Shown here in pieces: positions 9,344 to 19,286 of a stretch of 55,542 nt of DNA. Both the position numbers and the translations under genes were made by a program. The DNA lies in sequence record SRR2962707_3083; one strand, 5' to 3'. Each line of letters opens with the position of its first letter. The stretch's first letter is position 1. The notes beneath the pieces were generated by a model. It saw nothing but the letters and a program-made list of their open reading frames with translations, was not told the origin of the DNA and searched no databases.

Positions 9344-10303
9344 TCACGGTCCTTCGGGATCTACCCGACCCTTGTCAGCCCAGAGCGGTTCGGCTGCGAT
9401 CCGCACTGCTTCCGCCCCAACTCGGTCAAGCAGTGCAATCGCGCCAATGGCCTGGTCCAGCTGTTCAAGCCGGGAACAGCCGACAAGTGTGTTGACGGTT
9501 TGGGGATGGGTCAGCGTGAACGCAATACAGAGCTGTGCGGGCGTTGCGTCAAAGCGTTTTGCGACTTCAGCCACCTTGGCCGCCGAGGCCGCGATTTGAT
9601 CCCGAATGTTGCCGGGGTCACGTCCAACCTCGCGAAGCTGCTGCGGCTTGACGAGGATGCCGCCTTCCATGACGTCCGAGGCTTGCATCTTGAAGCCTTG
9701 AGCGAACAACCCGGCGAAGGGTTCTCCATCTGGGATCGCACGGCGCGCCACCGAATATTTAAGCTGCGCCATCACAGGCGCATCGACGCCTTCTGTCCTG
9801 GCGATGTCGAGCAGCGACTGGATGTTTGTTGCCGACCAGTTGTTGACACCCCAGGCGCGGATCATGCCGAGTTTCTTGAGCTCGGCCAATGAGAGCACGA
9901 GGTCGCGAAGCACCACGTCGTCGCGACGGACATCGCCGAGAACAACGACATCGGCGTACTCCGCGCCGACGCGGAACAAGGCATTTTCAAGCTGTGGCTT
10001 AAAACCCTTCTCGTCATCGAACCCCTCAAGCCAGAGCTTTTCGGAGAGCAGATAGTCATCTCGCTTGAGGCCAGCCCCTCTCACGATGGCAGAAAACAGG
10101 ACGTCTGTGAGTGGCGGGGGTTGGGTGTCCGGCGTGCCGTACACCCCCACGTCGAACATGTTGATGCCCGCATCGACTGCTTGGCGAACCATGGCGACTG
10201 CCACGCCGAAGTCCATGCGATCGTAGATGTGCCAGGACCCGAGCGAGAGCAGGGGCATGTTCAGGCCGGCCAAGGTATTGGACGGCACCGGCTTGGTGCT
10301 CAT
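9344..10303 (-). CDS. Aldo/keto reductase (non-canonical tetrad)
   Basis: LSLGSW, FDVGVY, SEKLW, WGVNNW, TPAQLCIAF, GCSRLEQL. Confidence 0.85.
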   Translation of the reverse strand: MSTKPVPSNTLAGLNMPLLSLGSWHIYDRMDFGVAVAMVRQAVDAGINMFDVGVYGTPDTQPPPLTDVLFSAIVRGAGLKRDDYLLSEKLWLEGFDDEKGFKPQLENALFRVGAEYADVVVLGDVRRDDVVLRDLVLSLAELKKLGMIRAWGVNNWSATNIQSLLDIARTEGVDAPVMAQLKYSVARRAIPDGEPFAGLFAQGFKMQASDVMEGGILVKPQQLREVGRDPGNIRDQIAASAAKVAEVAKRFDATPAQLCIAFTLTHPQTVNTLVGCSRLEQLDQAIGAIALLDRVGAEAVRIAAEPLWADKGRVDPEGP

Positions 10304-10324
10304 GAAGCTTCCTCCTTGCGTGAT

Positions 10325-11431
10325 TCAGGAAATGCGGGGATCGATGACCGCTTTGATGGATTGATGGCTGCACATTGCATCAATGCACTTGGACGCCGTG
10401 GAGAGACCTACCGGTTCGCTGAACAGGAGATCCCACGGCATTGCCCTGGCAAAGGATTTGAAAAAATCGATGGCGCGCGCATAGTCGGAGATGTCGCCGT
10501 TGAGCGAGCCAACCACGGTCAATTCCTTGCCCATTACCGTGCCCAACGGAACTGGCGTCTCGGCGGGACCGGTCGATCCCACTATTACCACCTTGCCGCG
10601 TTGGCCCGCCATGTGCGCCGCTTCGCGCCCGACCGTCGCGGCGCCGGCGAAGTCGAAGACGTAATCGGCACCGCGCCGACCCGTCAGTTCGTTGACCGTT
10701 GCAATTGTGGCATCCGATCCCGCCTCGATATTGACGATGGCGTCGGCTCCAAACTTCCGAGCCATTTCGAGCCGCGCTACAGGTGCTCCGACAGTGATGA
10801 CCTTGGCGGCACCGGAGAGTTTGGCGGCCGCCGTAGCGAAGATGCCGAGTGCGCCAGAGCCTTGAATTACCACGGTCGAACCTGCCCGAATGCCTCCGAC
10901 GCGATCGATGGAACGCAAGACGGTCTTGGCGGCGCATCCTGCCATCGACGCCCAGGTATCTTTAACTTCCTCCGGGATGCGCAGCTTGGCGGCTCCCGGG
11001 GTCACATAAGCGTAATCCGCAAGCCCGGCAGTCGCAAAAGGCGGCTTGTCGGACCGCTGCAGGAATCCGTAGCCGCGATTTTCGCACGCGACCGGTTCCC
11101 GCAGGACAACGCAGCCATAGCATTTGCCGCAAGTGGACTCTGACCATCCGATCCGTTCGCCGACTGCCAGGACACTGCCCAGTGCGTCTGTGGTCCCCTC
11201 GCCCACGGCAACGATTTCCCCGATCATTTCGTGCCCAAGCACCATCGGCAGCATGCCGGGAAAACTCATCTTGCCTTGCCATATTTCAATGTCTGTGCCG
11301 CAAAGGGTGGCGCATACTATCTGCACCAGTGCCGCTCCGGGCTCGATAACTTCGGGCAACGGCAGGTATTGCATGTCAAGGGCCGTCGAATGACGAGTAA
11401 GCACGGCAGCACGTGTGGATCTGGGGATCAT
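10325..11431 (-). CDS. Zinc-binding medium-chain alcohol dehydrogenase
   Basis: CGTD, GHE, structural Zn CGKCYGC-x7-C, GSGALG; start ATG 11431 (MIPRST). Confidence 0.9.
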   Translation of the reverse strand: MIPRSTRAAVLTRHSTALDMQYLPLPEVIEPGAALVQIVCATLCGTDIEIWQGKMSFPGMLPMVLGHEMIGEIVAVGEGTTDALGSVLAVGERIGWSESTCGKCYGCVVLREPVACENRGYGFLQRSDKPPFATAGLADYAYVTPGAAKLRIPEEVKDTWASMAGCAAKTVLRSIDRVGGIRAGSTVVIQGSGALGIFATAAAKLSGAAKVITVGAPVARLEMARKFGADAIVNIEAGSDATIATVNELTGRRGADYVFDFAGAATVGREAAHMAGQRGKVVIVGSTGPAETPVPLGTVMGKELTVVGSLNGDISDYARAIDFFKSFARAMPWDLLFSEPVGLSTASKCIDAMCSHQSIKAVIDPRIS

Positions 11432-11450
11432 GTTGGACTCCGGTTTGCGT

Positions 11451-12185
11451 CTAGACGAGAAGCTGTCCGCCATCGATTGCAAGGCTGACCCCGGTGATGT
11501 GGGCCGCTGCGTCGCTGGCAAGAAAGACAACGGCAGGCGCAATTCGTTCGACCTCGGCGATCGACCCGAGTGGAATACGGGCTTCCCATGCTGCGCGCGC
11601 GGCAGGGTCGGCGGCCATGCCTACGGTTAAGGGTGTGATTATGGGGCCGGGGGCGACGGCGTTGGCGCGAATGCCATACGGCGCGAGTTCGATCGCCGTC
11701 GTGCGCGTAATGGCATCGACCGCCGCCTTAGTGGCCTCGTAATGGCCGAGCCCAGGCGTGGGTTGGCGTGCGCCGACCGATGATACATTCACGATCGCAC
11801 CGCGTTGGGCCTTCAGCATTACCTTGCCGACAGCCTGGGTCACCAGCCAGGTTCCACGAACATTGACAGCCAGAGCGGCGTTCAGAATGTCAGGATCCAG
11901 CTCGAGGAGCGGGCCGCCGCCGCCAACGACTCCCGCATTATTGACAAGGACATCAATGCGGCCATGCCGTGCTTCGATCTCTGCGACTGTGGTTCGCACG
12001 TCTTGGACAGAGCTGATATCGAGCTCGACCGCTTCACCCTTCAAGGCGGTCGCAGTCCTGGCGGCCTCCACGCCGTTGATGTCGGCAACGATTACATGAT
12101 CGCCGACCTCGGCAAACGCTTCGGCGATACCGTTGCCCAGTCCCTGGGCTGCACCCGTTACCATTACAATGCGTTTCGCGCTCAT
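11451..12185 (-). CDS. Short-chain dehydrogenase/reductase
   Basis: TGAAQGLG, NNAG, YEATK, AVAPG; start ATG 12185 with GAGGAG RBS. Confidence 0.92.
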   Translation of the reverse strand: MSAKRIVMVTGAAQGLGNGIAEAFAEVGDHVIVADINGVEAARTATALKGEAVELDISSVQDVRTTVAEIEARHGRIDVLVNNAGVVGGGGPLLELDPDILNAALAVNVRGTWLVTQAVGKVMLKAQRGAIVNVSSVGARQPTPGLGHYEATKAAVDAITRTTAIELAPYGIRANAVAPGPIITPLTVGMAADPAARAAWEARIPLGSIAEVERIAPAVVFLASDAAAHITGVSLAIDGGQLLV

Positions 12186-12242
12186 AGATCCTCCTCGCGT
12201 AGCTCGATCCCCCGGGCCTTGCTCAAACTCCAACATCGTTAT

Positions 12243-12256
12243 ACTACAAGTGTAGA
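12243..12256. promoter_or_regulatory. Putative TetR operator ACTACAAGTGTAGA (consensus TCTACA-N2-TGTAGA)
   Basis: 11/12 match in the divergent SDR/AKR gap; overlaps the -10 of a minus-strand TAGACT-N17-TAGTAT promoter; extra half site TCTACA at 12266. Confidence 0.6.
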
Positions 12257-12307
12257 AAAATAAAGTCTACAGTCGCGAAAGCTGGAAATCGCGCCAGAAC
12301 GAGGAGA

Positions 12308-13276
12308 ATGCCAATGTCTGAGATTCAGGTCCCCAAACGCCGTCTCGGTCCGAAAGGGCCTATGGTTCCAATCTTTTCCCTGGGTTCCTGGAACACCTGG
12401 GATCGTATGACACCCGAGGAGGCGGATGCATTGATCCAGCGCGCAAAAAACGTGGACTCTGCGTTCTTCGATATCGCCTACTACAATATGGGGCCGCACG
12501 ATGAGCATTCTCGAACCGACATATTGTTTGGCGAAGCAATGGCGCGTGTCGGTCTTCCTCGATCCGAATTTCAGGTATGCGGAAAACTATGGCTCTGGGA
12601 GTATCCGAACCTGGAATTCAGGAAACAAATAGAGACCAGCCTCGCACGGGCACGGCTCGACAGGTTCGACATGGTTGTCGTCGGCGATTATTTCGGCGAG
12701 CCGGACATGGAACGTATTGCGCTTGAGGTGAATGAGCTGATCTCCGAGGGGATGATTGGCAGCTGGGGGATCAACAATTGGATCTACAAGGACACGCGTG
12801 CGGCGCTTGATTTCACCAAGCGGGAAAGGCTCGTGCCGCCGACATTCGCTCAGCTGAAATACAGTCCTGTTCGCCGCACGATGACAGAAGGGCCCCAGTA
12901 TGCGTCCCTCTTCAGGTCTGGCGAATTGTCCCTCCAAGCGTCCGATTGCCTGGAAGGCGGCATTCTTTCAGGAAAGGGAGTGCCAAGTCGCAAAATCGGC
13001 GCCGATGTGGGCTCCATCAGAGAGAATATTTACGCCTCAGTCCCGATCCTGGAAAGTGTTGCCGCCAAGTTTGGCGCAAGTCCTGTTCAGACCGCTCTGG
13101 CCTTTTGTCTTTCCAATCCGGCAACAGCGAACCTGCTGTTCGGTGCGTCCAAGCTCTCCCAGTTTGAAGACAATCTGGGGGCGATTCCACTGGCCAACGC
13201 ACACGGCTCTGAAATCCGAACTTTGCTGGAACCGGTCTGGCTGGACAAACACGTGCCTGCAGAGGGTGGGTTCTAG
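12308..13276 (+). CDS. Aldo/keto reductase (paralog of 9344-10303)
   Basis: PKRRLG, FSLGSW, FDIAYY, CGKLW, WGINNW, GASKLSQF; GAGGAG RBS; start 12308 or 12314. Confidence 0.87.
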   Translation: MPMSEIQVPKRRLGPKGPMVPIFSLGSWNTWDRMTPEEADALIQRAKNVDSAFFDIAYYNMGPHDEHSRTDILFGEAMARVGLPRSEFQVCGKLWLWEYPNLEFRKQIETSLARARLDRFDMVVVGDYFGEPDMERIALEVNELISEGMIGSWGINNWIYKDTRAALDFTKRERLVPPTFAQLKYSPVRRTMTEGPQYASLFRSGELSLQASDCLEGGILSGKGVPSRKIGADVGSIRENIYASVPILESVAAKFGASPVQTALAFCLSNPATANLLFGASKLSQFEDNLGAIPLANAHGSEIRTLLEPVWLDKHVPAEGGF

Positions 13277-13303
13277 TGTGATGTGGCGCGATCGCCACGC
13301 CCC

Positions 13304-13331
13304 TTGCGATTGTTGTCAACGTATGTAGAAT
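13304..13331 (+). promoter_or_regulatory. Putative promoter TTGCGA-N16-TAGAAT with TetR-like box TCAACGTATGTAGA (13316-13329)
   Basis: 10/12 match to the box consensus, overlapping the -10 upstream of the SBP gene. Confidence 0.5.
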
Positions 13332-13405
13332 AAAAAATGATCAGGCGTTGGCGTGGTGAGGTCGGAGACTGGTGCGGACGTCATCCCAAAGGAGGAGGAA
13401 ACAAA

Positions 13406-14893
13406 ATGACTACCCAGATCAAAGCGGCCGCGGTGGCATTGGCGATATCGATAGGCATGACCGGCTCGGTGGCTGCCCAGACGAGCGAGCTGAAAATTGG
13501 CAACTTCCTCGACGTCACGTCGTGGGATCCGGCGCTGGCCGATATCGGATTTGACGGACCCTATATGTCGGCTGTCTATGACCCGCTGGTAACCCTCGAT
13601 GCCGATGGCGATATCGCGGCGGTTCTAGCGACAGATTGGGAATACTCAGACGATCTGCTTACACTCACCATGGATCTGCGGTCCGGTGTCACCTTTTCTG
13701 ATGGTGAAATATTCGACGCCGAAGCGGCTGTTGCCAGTCTTGAGCACCTGAAGTCAGGCGCTCGGTCAGGTGAGGCATATCTGAAGGTTGATTCGATTAT
13801 GGCGGTCGATGCCGACACCATCGAAATCAGGCTCTCAGAACGTGACGATACGATGCTGTATCTTATGGGACTCGGCCGCAGCTACATGATGTCTCCGGAA
13901 GCCATCATTTCCGATACACTGACGACAGGGCCCGTCGGGTCTGGCCCCTATACCCTTGAGGCTTCCGTTCCCGGGTCGGAGTACCACTTCTCGAAGAAAC
14001 CGGGTCACTGGGACGAATCGACTTATCCCTATGAGGCCATTTCGATCTACCCGATCATCGATCACACGGCGCGCCATAACGCGATGTTGTCGGGGCAGCT
14101 CAACGTCGCCTACGCTCAGCCTCTCAACAACGATCAGGCAACGATGGCCGGATGGAACATCGCAGAAGCCCCTTCGGGGTGGGTGGGGCTCCAGATTCTC
14201 GATCACGCGGGAGACAGGCTGGCGCCACTAGGTGAGCTCGAGGTTCGCCAGGCTCTTAACCATGCCTTCGATGGCGCGGCAATTCTCCAGGCGATCGGAC
14301 AGGGTGCCGGCAATGTCACCAATCAGGTGTTTCCGGTGGGAACGCCAGCATACGATGCCGAACTCGACTCCATGTACGTCTACAACATGGAGGCAGCCAA
14401 GGCTCTGTTGGCTGAGGCCGGCTATGCGGACGGCTTCTCGCTTAACATGCCCATGTCTCCGATCTTTGCCCAATGGCAGCCGGTGGTTCAGCAAACCTTT
14501 GGCGAACTCGGCATCGACGTCACTTGGGACGACATGCAGATGCCGGACTACCAGATCAATGCGCCGACCTACCCCATGTTTATCGCCCTGATAGCGATCG
14601 ACAATGACCCGTCTGCCAACTTTGCTCGTCAGGTGGCTACGTCGCAATGGTATAATCCCGATCCGGACTACACCAAATTCCCGGAGGTCAATGACCTTAT
14701 CGAGACCGCGCGGCTCGCAAGTCCCGAAGACCAGCTTCCGATCATCCGGCAGGTCAATCAGAAGCTCACGGAACTTGCCTGGTGGTCGGTGTGGTACCAG
14801 GCGGCGAACACCTACCACTCGACGGCCGATGTCTCGGTCACCGGTGTGACCGGCATGATGTTCCCAACTTTGCGCTTCGTTCAGCCGAACTAA
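13406..14893 (+). CDS. ABC transporter substrate-binding protein, peptide/nickel family 5
   Basis: Signal peptide, VYDPLV, LRSGVTFSDG, PVGSGPY, VRQALNHAFD; GGAGGAGG RBS. Confidence 0.92.
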   Translation: MTTQIKAAAVALAISIGMTGSVAAQTSELKIGNFLDVTSWDPALADIGFDGPYMSAVYDPLVTLDADGDIAAVLATDWEYSDDLLTLTMDLRSGVTFSDGEIFDAEAAVASLEHLKSGARSGEAYLKVDSIMAVDADTIEIRLSERDDTMLYLMGLGRSYMMSPEAIISDTLTTGPVGSGPYTLEASVPGSEYHFSKKPGHWDESTYPYEAISIYPIIDHTARHNAMLSGQLNVAYAQPLNNDQATMAGWNIAEAPSGWVGLQILDHAGDRLAPLGELEVRQALNHAFDGAAILQAIGQGAGNVTNQVFPVGTPAYDAELDSMYVYNMEAAKALLAEAGYADGFSLNMPMSPIFAQWQPVVQQTFGELGIDVTWDDMQMPDYQINAPTYPMFIALIAIDNDPSANFARQVATSQWYNPDPDYTKFPEVNDLIETARLASPEDQLPIIRQVNQKLTELAWWSVWYQAANTYHSTADVSVTGVTGMMFPTLRFVQPN

Positions 14894-14902
14894 ACAAGCA
14901 AC

Positions 14903-14930
14903 GGCAGGCCGTGTCATTGTACGGCCTGCC
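14903..14930 (+). terminator. Intra-operon stem-loop after the SBP gene
   Basis: Perfect 10-bp arms GGCAGGCCGT/ACGGCCTGCC; no U-tract, so more likely an mRNA stabiliser than a full terminator. Confidence 0.55.
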
Positions 14931-14950
14931 CCGAACTCCTGGAAAGTTTT

Positions 14951-15892
14951 ATGATCGGTTTCATAGCAAAACGTGTCTTTGCGGGTCTGGTCTTGTTGAT
15001 CGCCGTGTCGACGGGAACGTTTTTTCTTGCTCATGCAGCGATCAGCGATCCGACGGTGGCCCTTCTCGGCTCGACTGCAACTCAGGAACAGCAAGCGGCC
15101 CTGGCAGCCGAACTTGGGCTCGACAAGCCACTACTCGTTCAATTTCGAGATTGGGCCGCAGGCGCTGTGACCGGTGATCTTGGAAACTCCTGGCGAAACT
15201 TCCGGCCTGTAGGCGAGCAGATTGCTCTGAGAGTGCCAGTCACACTTTCCGTCGTCAGCTTTGCCATCCTGATCAGCGCGATCTTTGGAACGGCATTTGG
15301 TCTGGTCGCCGGCCTTCATCCAGGAAGTGCCTTTGACCGTACAATCAGGGCCGGGACCGTCGTGTTGTTCGCATTGCCAGGTTTCTGGCTGAGCCTTGTT
15401 CTCGTGATCTGGTTTGCCATCCAACTGCGTTGGTTTCCTGCCGTAGGTTACGTGGCACCCACAGTGTCGATCGGGGGCTGGATCCGGTCGATTACTCTCC
15501 CGGCTGTCGCGCTTGCGCTCGGCGCAATCGTCATGATCGCGGAGCAGTTGCGTAATCAGGTGATCGCGGTGTCCTCCCAGGACTATGTCCGCACATTGAG
15601 AAGTCGCGGTCTTTCGGATTTCAGGGTGAACCTGCACATACTGCGAAATGCGTCCCCAGCAGCACTGACCGTGATCGCGGTCATGTTTGCATCGCTTCTG
15701 AGCGGGGCAATCGTCGTCGAAGCCATCTTCAGCCTGCCGGGACTTGGTCAGCTCACTCAGTCTTCTGCGCAAATAGGGGACATACCGGTGCTTCTCGGCA
15801 TTACCGTGGTCTCGGTCGTTTTTGTTGTCGTTATCTATGTCCTGCTCGACGTTGCACTGGGCTGGATCAATCCGAAGGTGCGTGTCAAATGA
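14951..15892 (+). CDS. ABC permease (DppB-like)
   Basis: LGLDKPL, GDLGNSW, QDYVRTLRSRG, HILRNA; multiple TM segments. Confidence 0.92.
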   Translation: MIGFIAKRVFAGLVLLIAVSTGTFFLAHAAISDPTVALLGSTATQEQQAALAAELGLDKPLLVQFRDWAAGAVTGDLGNSWRNFRPVGEQIALRVPVTLSVVSFAILISAIFGTAFGLVAGLHPGSAFDRTIRAGTVVLFALPGFWLSLVLVIWFAIQLRWFPAVGYVAPTVSIGGWIRSITLPAVALALGAIVMIAEQLRNQVIAVSSQDYVRTLRSRGLSDFRVNLHILRNASPAALTVIAVMFASLLSGAIVVEAIFSLPGLGQLTQSSAQIGDIPVLLGITVVSVVFVVVIYVLLDVALGWINPKVRVK

Positions 15893-17703
15893 GCTCGGCT
15901 TCCGAATTCGTCGATCGGCCCGACCGTGTCGCAAGGCTATCCATCTTCCGGCGCTTCATCAGCACCCCGAGTGGCGCTAGTGCCTTGGCAGTGTTCCTGC
16001 TCGTGGTCGCGGTCGCCCTACTGGCACCGTGGATATCACCGCAAGACCCAAACTATGTTGATCTTGCCAACACAAAAGCACCGCCGAGCGCTGAGCATTG
16101 GCTTGGCGGCGACACCTCCGGACGCGACGTCCTCAGCCGCCTGATCTGGGGTGCTCAAACGACGCTGCTCGGGGCGGCCATTACTATCATGACCGCCGCT
16201 CTTGCCGGCATTCCCACAGGGATCGCCGCGGGGTATTTCGGTGGTTCGGCCGATCGGGGCCTTTCATGGTTGTCGGACGCAGTCCAGGCCATTCCAGGCA
16301 TGATCATACTTCTTGTGGTTGCCGCCGGTACGCGTTCGAACTTCGTCATTCTCATGGCCACTGTGGGGGTGTTCATGGCGCCGGGATACTTCCGAATTGC
16401 ACGCTCAACCACGATGACTATAGCCCATGAACCTTACATCGATGCCGCTCGGGTCGCGGGTTTGGGCAATACACGCATCATTTTTCGGCACATCTTCCCC
16501 GGCATCTACGCTCCAATTATTATTCAGACGGCCCTCGCGGCCGGCATCTCAATGGGCATTCAGGCCGGACTGCAGTTTCTTGGCGTTGGGTCTTCGAACA
16601 CCCCGAGTTGGGGCGCGATGATGAACGAAGGGTTTCGGTTCATGCTGACGAACCCCTTACTACTGTTATGGCCCTCGGCAGCACTGGGCGTCACGATCGC
16701 TGCGCTTGCAATCATGGGCTCTACGCTGGCCGATCTGGTCAGGATGAAGGCACCTGTTCAGTCCCGAGGTGCGGCGTCGCGTCTCGCAGCAATGCAGACA
16801 CCGAGTAGCGAGAACTTCGTTTGTGCACCTGAAGCCTGCGCGGTCCGGATCGAGGAACTGCGCGTCCTCTATGGGCCAGGTATTGCAGAAAAGGAGGTCG
16901 TGAAGGGCATATCGTTCGATGTTCGGCCTGGAGAAGTACTCGGAATTGTTGGTGAATCTGGGTCTGGAAAGTCCCAGACGGTTTTTTCGCTACTTGATCT
17001 TCTGCCGCAGGGCGGGCGCTATGAGGCTAAGGCCCTCTGGGTTTCGGGACGGCCGGTTCACATTCTGAGCGCCCGTGAACGGACAAAACTTCTGGGCTCC
17101 GAGATCGCCTATATTCCACAAGAACCGATGAGCAATCTCGATCCCTCATTCAAAATCGGACACCAGCTCACCGAACCGCTCCGCCACACTTTCGGCAAGT
17201 CTCGTGCGGAAGCAGACCGGCTCGCACGGGCTCTGCTGGCAAGGGTGGGTATTGCCGATGTTGATCGCGTAATGCAGTCATATCCGCATCAGATATCGGG
17301 TGGGATGGCGCAACGCGTGCTCATCGCGGGGGCGATTTCGGGCAAGCCGTCCGTGCTATTGGCGGATGAACCGACTACGGCACTGGACGTCACTGTCCAG
17401 GCCGAAGTTCTCGAGCTGCTTCGCGAGTTGCAGGAGGAGTTCGGCATGGCGCTGGTCCTTGTGACCCACAACTTCGGCGTGGTCGCAGATATCTGTGATC
17501 GCGTGGTTGTTATGCGCGAAGGCATTGTCGTGGAGACAGGCGAAGTTAACGCGATATTCGATGGCGCCAAGCAGCCCTACACGCGTGAGCTGATCGCGGC
17601 TACGCTCGACGATTGCGAGGGGCGACGTGAACTCGATGCCATCTATCACTCTGCCGGCAACAAGGAACGACACTACGCGGCAACCGGCGGAGGAAAACAA
17701 TGA
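15889..17703 (+). CDS. Fused ABC permease + ATPase (DppC-DppD)
   Basis: N-half HWLGGD/YIDAARVAG permease; C-half GESGSGKS, ISGGMAQR, LLADEPT. Confidence 0.9.
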   Translation: MSSASEFVDRPDRVARLSIFRRFISTPSGASALAVFLLVVAVALLAPWISPQDPNYVDLANTKAPPSAEHWLGGDTSGRDVLSRLIWGAQTTLLGAAITIMTAALAGIPTGIAAGYFGGSADRGLSWLSDAVQAIPGMIILLVVAAGTRSNFVILMATVGVFMAPGYFRIARSTTMTIAHEPYIDAARVAGLGNTRIIFRHIFPGIYAPIIIQTALAAGISMGIQAGLQFLGVGSSNTPSWGAMMNEGFRFMLTNPLLLLWPSAALGVTIAALAIMGSTLADLVRMKAPVQSRGAASRLAAMQTPSSENFVCAPEACAVRIEELRVLYGPGIAEKEVVKGISFDVRPGEVLGIVGESGSGKSQTVFSLLDLLPQGGRYEAKALWVSGRPVHILSARERTKLLGSEIAYIPQEPMSNLDPSFKIGHQLTEPLRHTFGKSRAEADRLARALLARVGIADVDRVMQSYPHQISGGMAQRVLIAGAISGKPSVLLADEPTTALDVTVQAEVLELLRELQEEFGMALVLVTHNFGVVADICDRVVVMREGIVVETGEVNAIFDGAKQPYTRELIAATLDDCEGRRELDAIYHSAGNKERHYAATGGGKQ

Positions 17704-18545
17704 TCATTCCCCCGCAATCCATCTTGAGCGTCGAAAATGTCGTTGTCGAATACGGAGCTCGGGATAGGGGGTTCAAGGCCCTCAAGGGCGTCTCGCTTGA
17801 TGTCGGTCATGGTGAATGCATGGGAGTCGTTGGGGAGAGTGGCTCGGGGAAGTCCACTTTGGGTCGCGCCATTCTCGGACTTGCTCCGGTCGCACAAGGC
17901 AAGATCAGATTTGATGGACAGGACATCACCCACTTGACGGGGCGGGCGCGCCGCGAACTCTCCCGGTCAATTCAGGTTGTTTTCCAGGACCCGTATGGGT
18001 CGCTGAACCCTGCGCTGACGGTAGGAGACATTCTCACTGAACCTTTGACGGTTGCCGGGGAAAGCAGGTTGTCTGCACGCCACAAGGTCGCCGAGATGAT
18101 CGAGCGCGTAAATCTGCCGGGCTCGGTGATTGATCGCCTTCCGAGCGAGTTCTCGGGAGGACAGCGCCAGAGAATCGCGATTGCCCGCGCACTCGTGCGC
18201 CGTCCCAAACTTGTCGTTTGCGATGAGCCCGTGAGTGCTCTCGATCTTACCACGCAGTCGACAGTGATCGATCTTTTCATCGAACTGCAGCGCGAAATCG
18301 GCCTTTCCTATCTCTTTGTGTCACACGACCTTGGGGTGGTGCGCAGGATCTGTCATCGGGTTGCCGTCATGCAACGTGGAGAAATTGTGGAAGTCGGGGA
18401 GGCAGATCAGATCACGCGCAAGCCACGTCATCCTTACAGCGAACGACTGCTTCTGGCGTCGCCAGTGGCTGATCCACATATTCAGGCAAAGCGGCGCGAG
18501 GCTTGGCTAAGCCTGAGAAAGAGCGACAATGCGTCTGCAGAATAA
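17700..18545 (+). CDS. ABC ATP-binding protein (DppF-like)
   Basis: GESGSGKS, FSGGQRQR, VCDEPVSALD. Confidence 0.93.
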   Translation: MIIPPQSILSVENVVVEYGARDRGFKALKGVSLDVGHGECMGVVGESGSGKSTLGRAILGLAPVAQGKIRFDGQDITHLTGRARRELSRSIQVVFQDPYGSLNPALTVGDILTEPLTVAGESRLSARHKVAEMIERVNLPGSVIDRLPSEFSGGQRQRIAIARALVRRPKLVVCDEPVSALDLTTQSTVIDLFIELQREIGLSYLFVSHDLGVVRRICHRVAVMQRGEIVEVGEADQITRKPRHPYSERLLLASPVADPHIQAKRREAWLSLRKSDNASAE

Positions 18546-18640
18546 CACAATGCCGAACCCATGGGTAGACGTTGTGCCAGCTCTAAGGGCATGTAATGCG
18601 ACGCCTCGAGCAGCCCCTTGGGATCAGGAATGGAACTGGA

Positions 18641-19243
18641 ATGCCGAAAATAATAGATCACGACGAGCGGCGGAGGGAGATTGTAGAGGTCGCCAAGCGA
18701 CTGATCCTGGAGGGCGGATTCGAAGCGGCCACCATGCGCTCGATTGCCGCCGAAGCTGGGTTCGCCAACGGCGCACTCAAGCATTACTTTCCGGGAAAAG
18801 AGAGCATCGTTGCCGCGACCTTCGAAAGCGTTCTTGCCGAGATGGATACCGAAGGGTGGCTGGATCGCACCGAACAGCCGGTGGAGACGGAAGCCGTCGA
18901 GAAACTCCGCGAGCGACTCAATCTCTCAATGCCGCTCACGGAGTACTCCATCAGCGCAGGCCGCGTCCTGCTGGTGCTGTGGGATCATGCTGCTTCCAAT
19001 CCGGAGCTTGCAGATACGTACCGTCGCTTCTTCAGGCGTTGGCAGGATTCGACAATTGCCTTGCTCCGCAGCAGCCGCGGCGACGATACATCCGATATCG
19101 ACTACAGGGCTCTGGCGCTGGAAATAATGTCGATCACCATCGGGGCCAATGTGGTCAACCTGATGCACCCGGACGGCGAGCATATCCAGACCTATCGCAG
19201 CATCATCGAAAGTTACATCAACCGCGCGACGGGGCAGGACTAG
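18641..19243 (+). CDS. TetR/AcrR family regulator
   Basis: MPKIIDHDERRREIV...GFEAATMRSIAAEAG...HYFPGKE N-terminal HTH; 200 aa. Confidence 0.92.
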   Translation: MPKIIDHDERRREIVEVAKRLILEGGFEAATMRSIAAEAGFANGALKHYFPGKESIVAATFESVLAEMDTEGWLDRTEQPVETEAVEKLRERLNLSMPLTEYSISAGRVLLVLWDHAASNPELADTYRRFFRRWQDSTIALLRSSRGDDTSDIDYRALALEIMSITIGANVVNLMHPDGEHIQTYRSIIESYINRATGQD

Positions 19244-19286
19244 GCTGGATTCTGTCTCGCGTGCGAACAACGCCAAGGAGACAATC

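Noticed and set aside
18556..18569. Possible fourth TetR box AACCCATGGGTAGA upstream of tetR
   Set aside because: Only 7/12 match to the consensus; could be chance.
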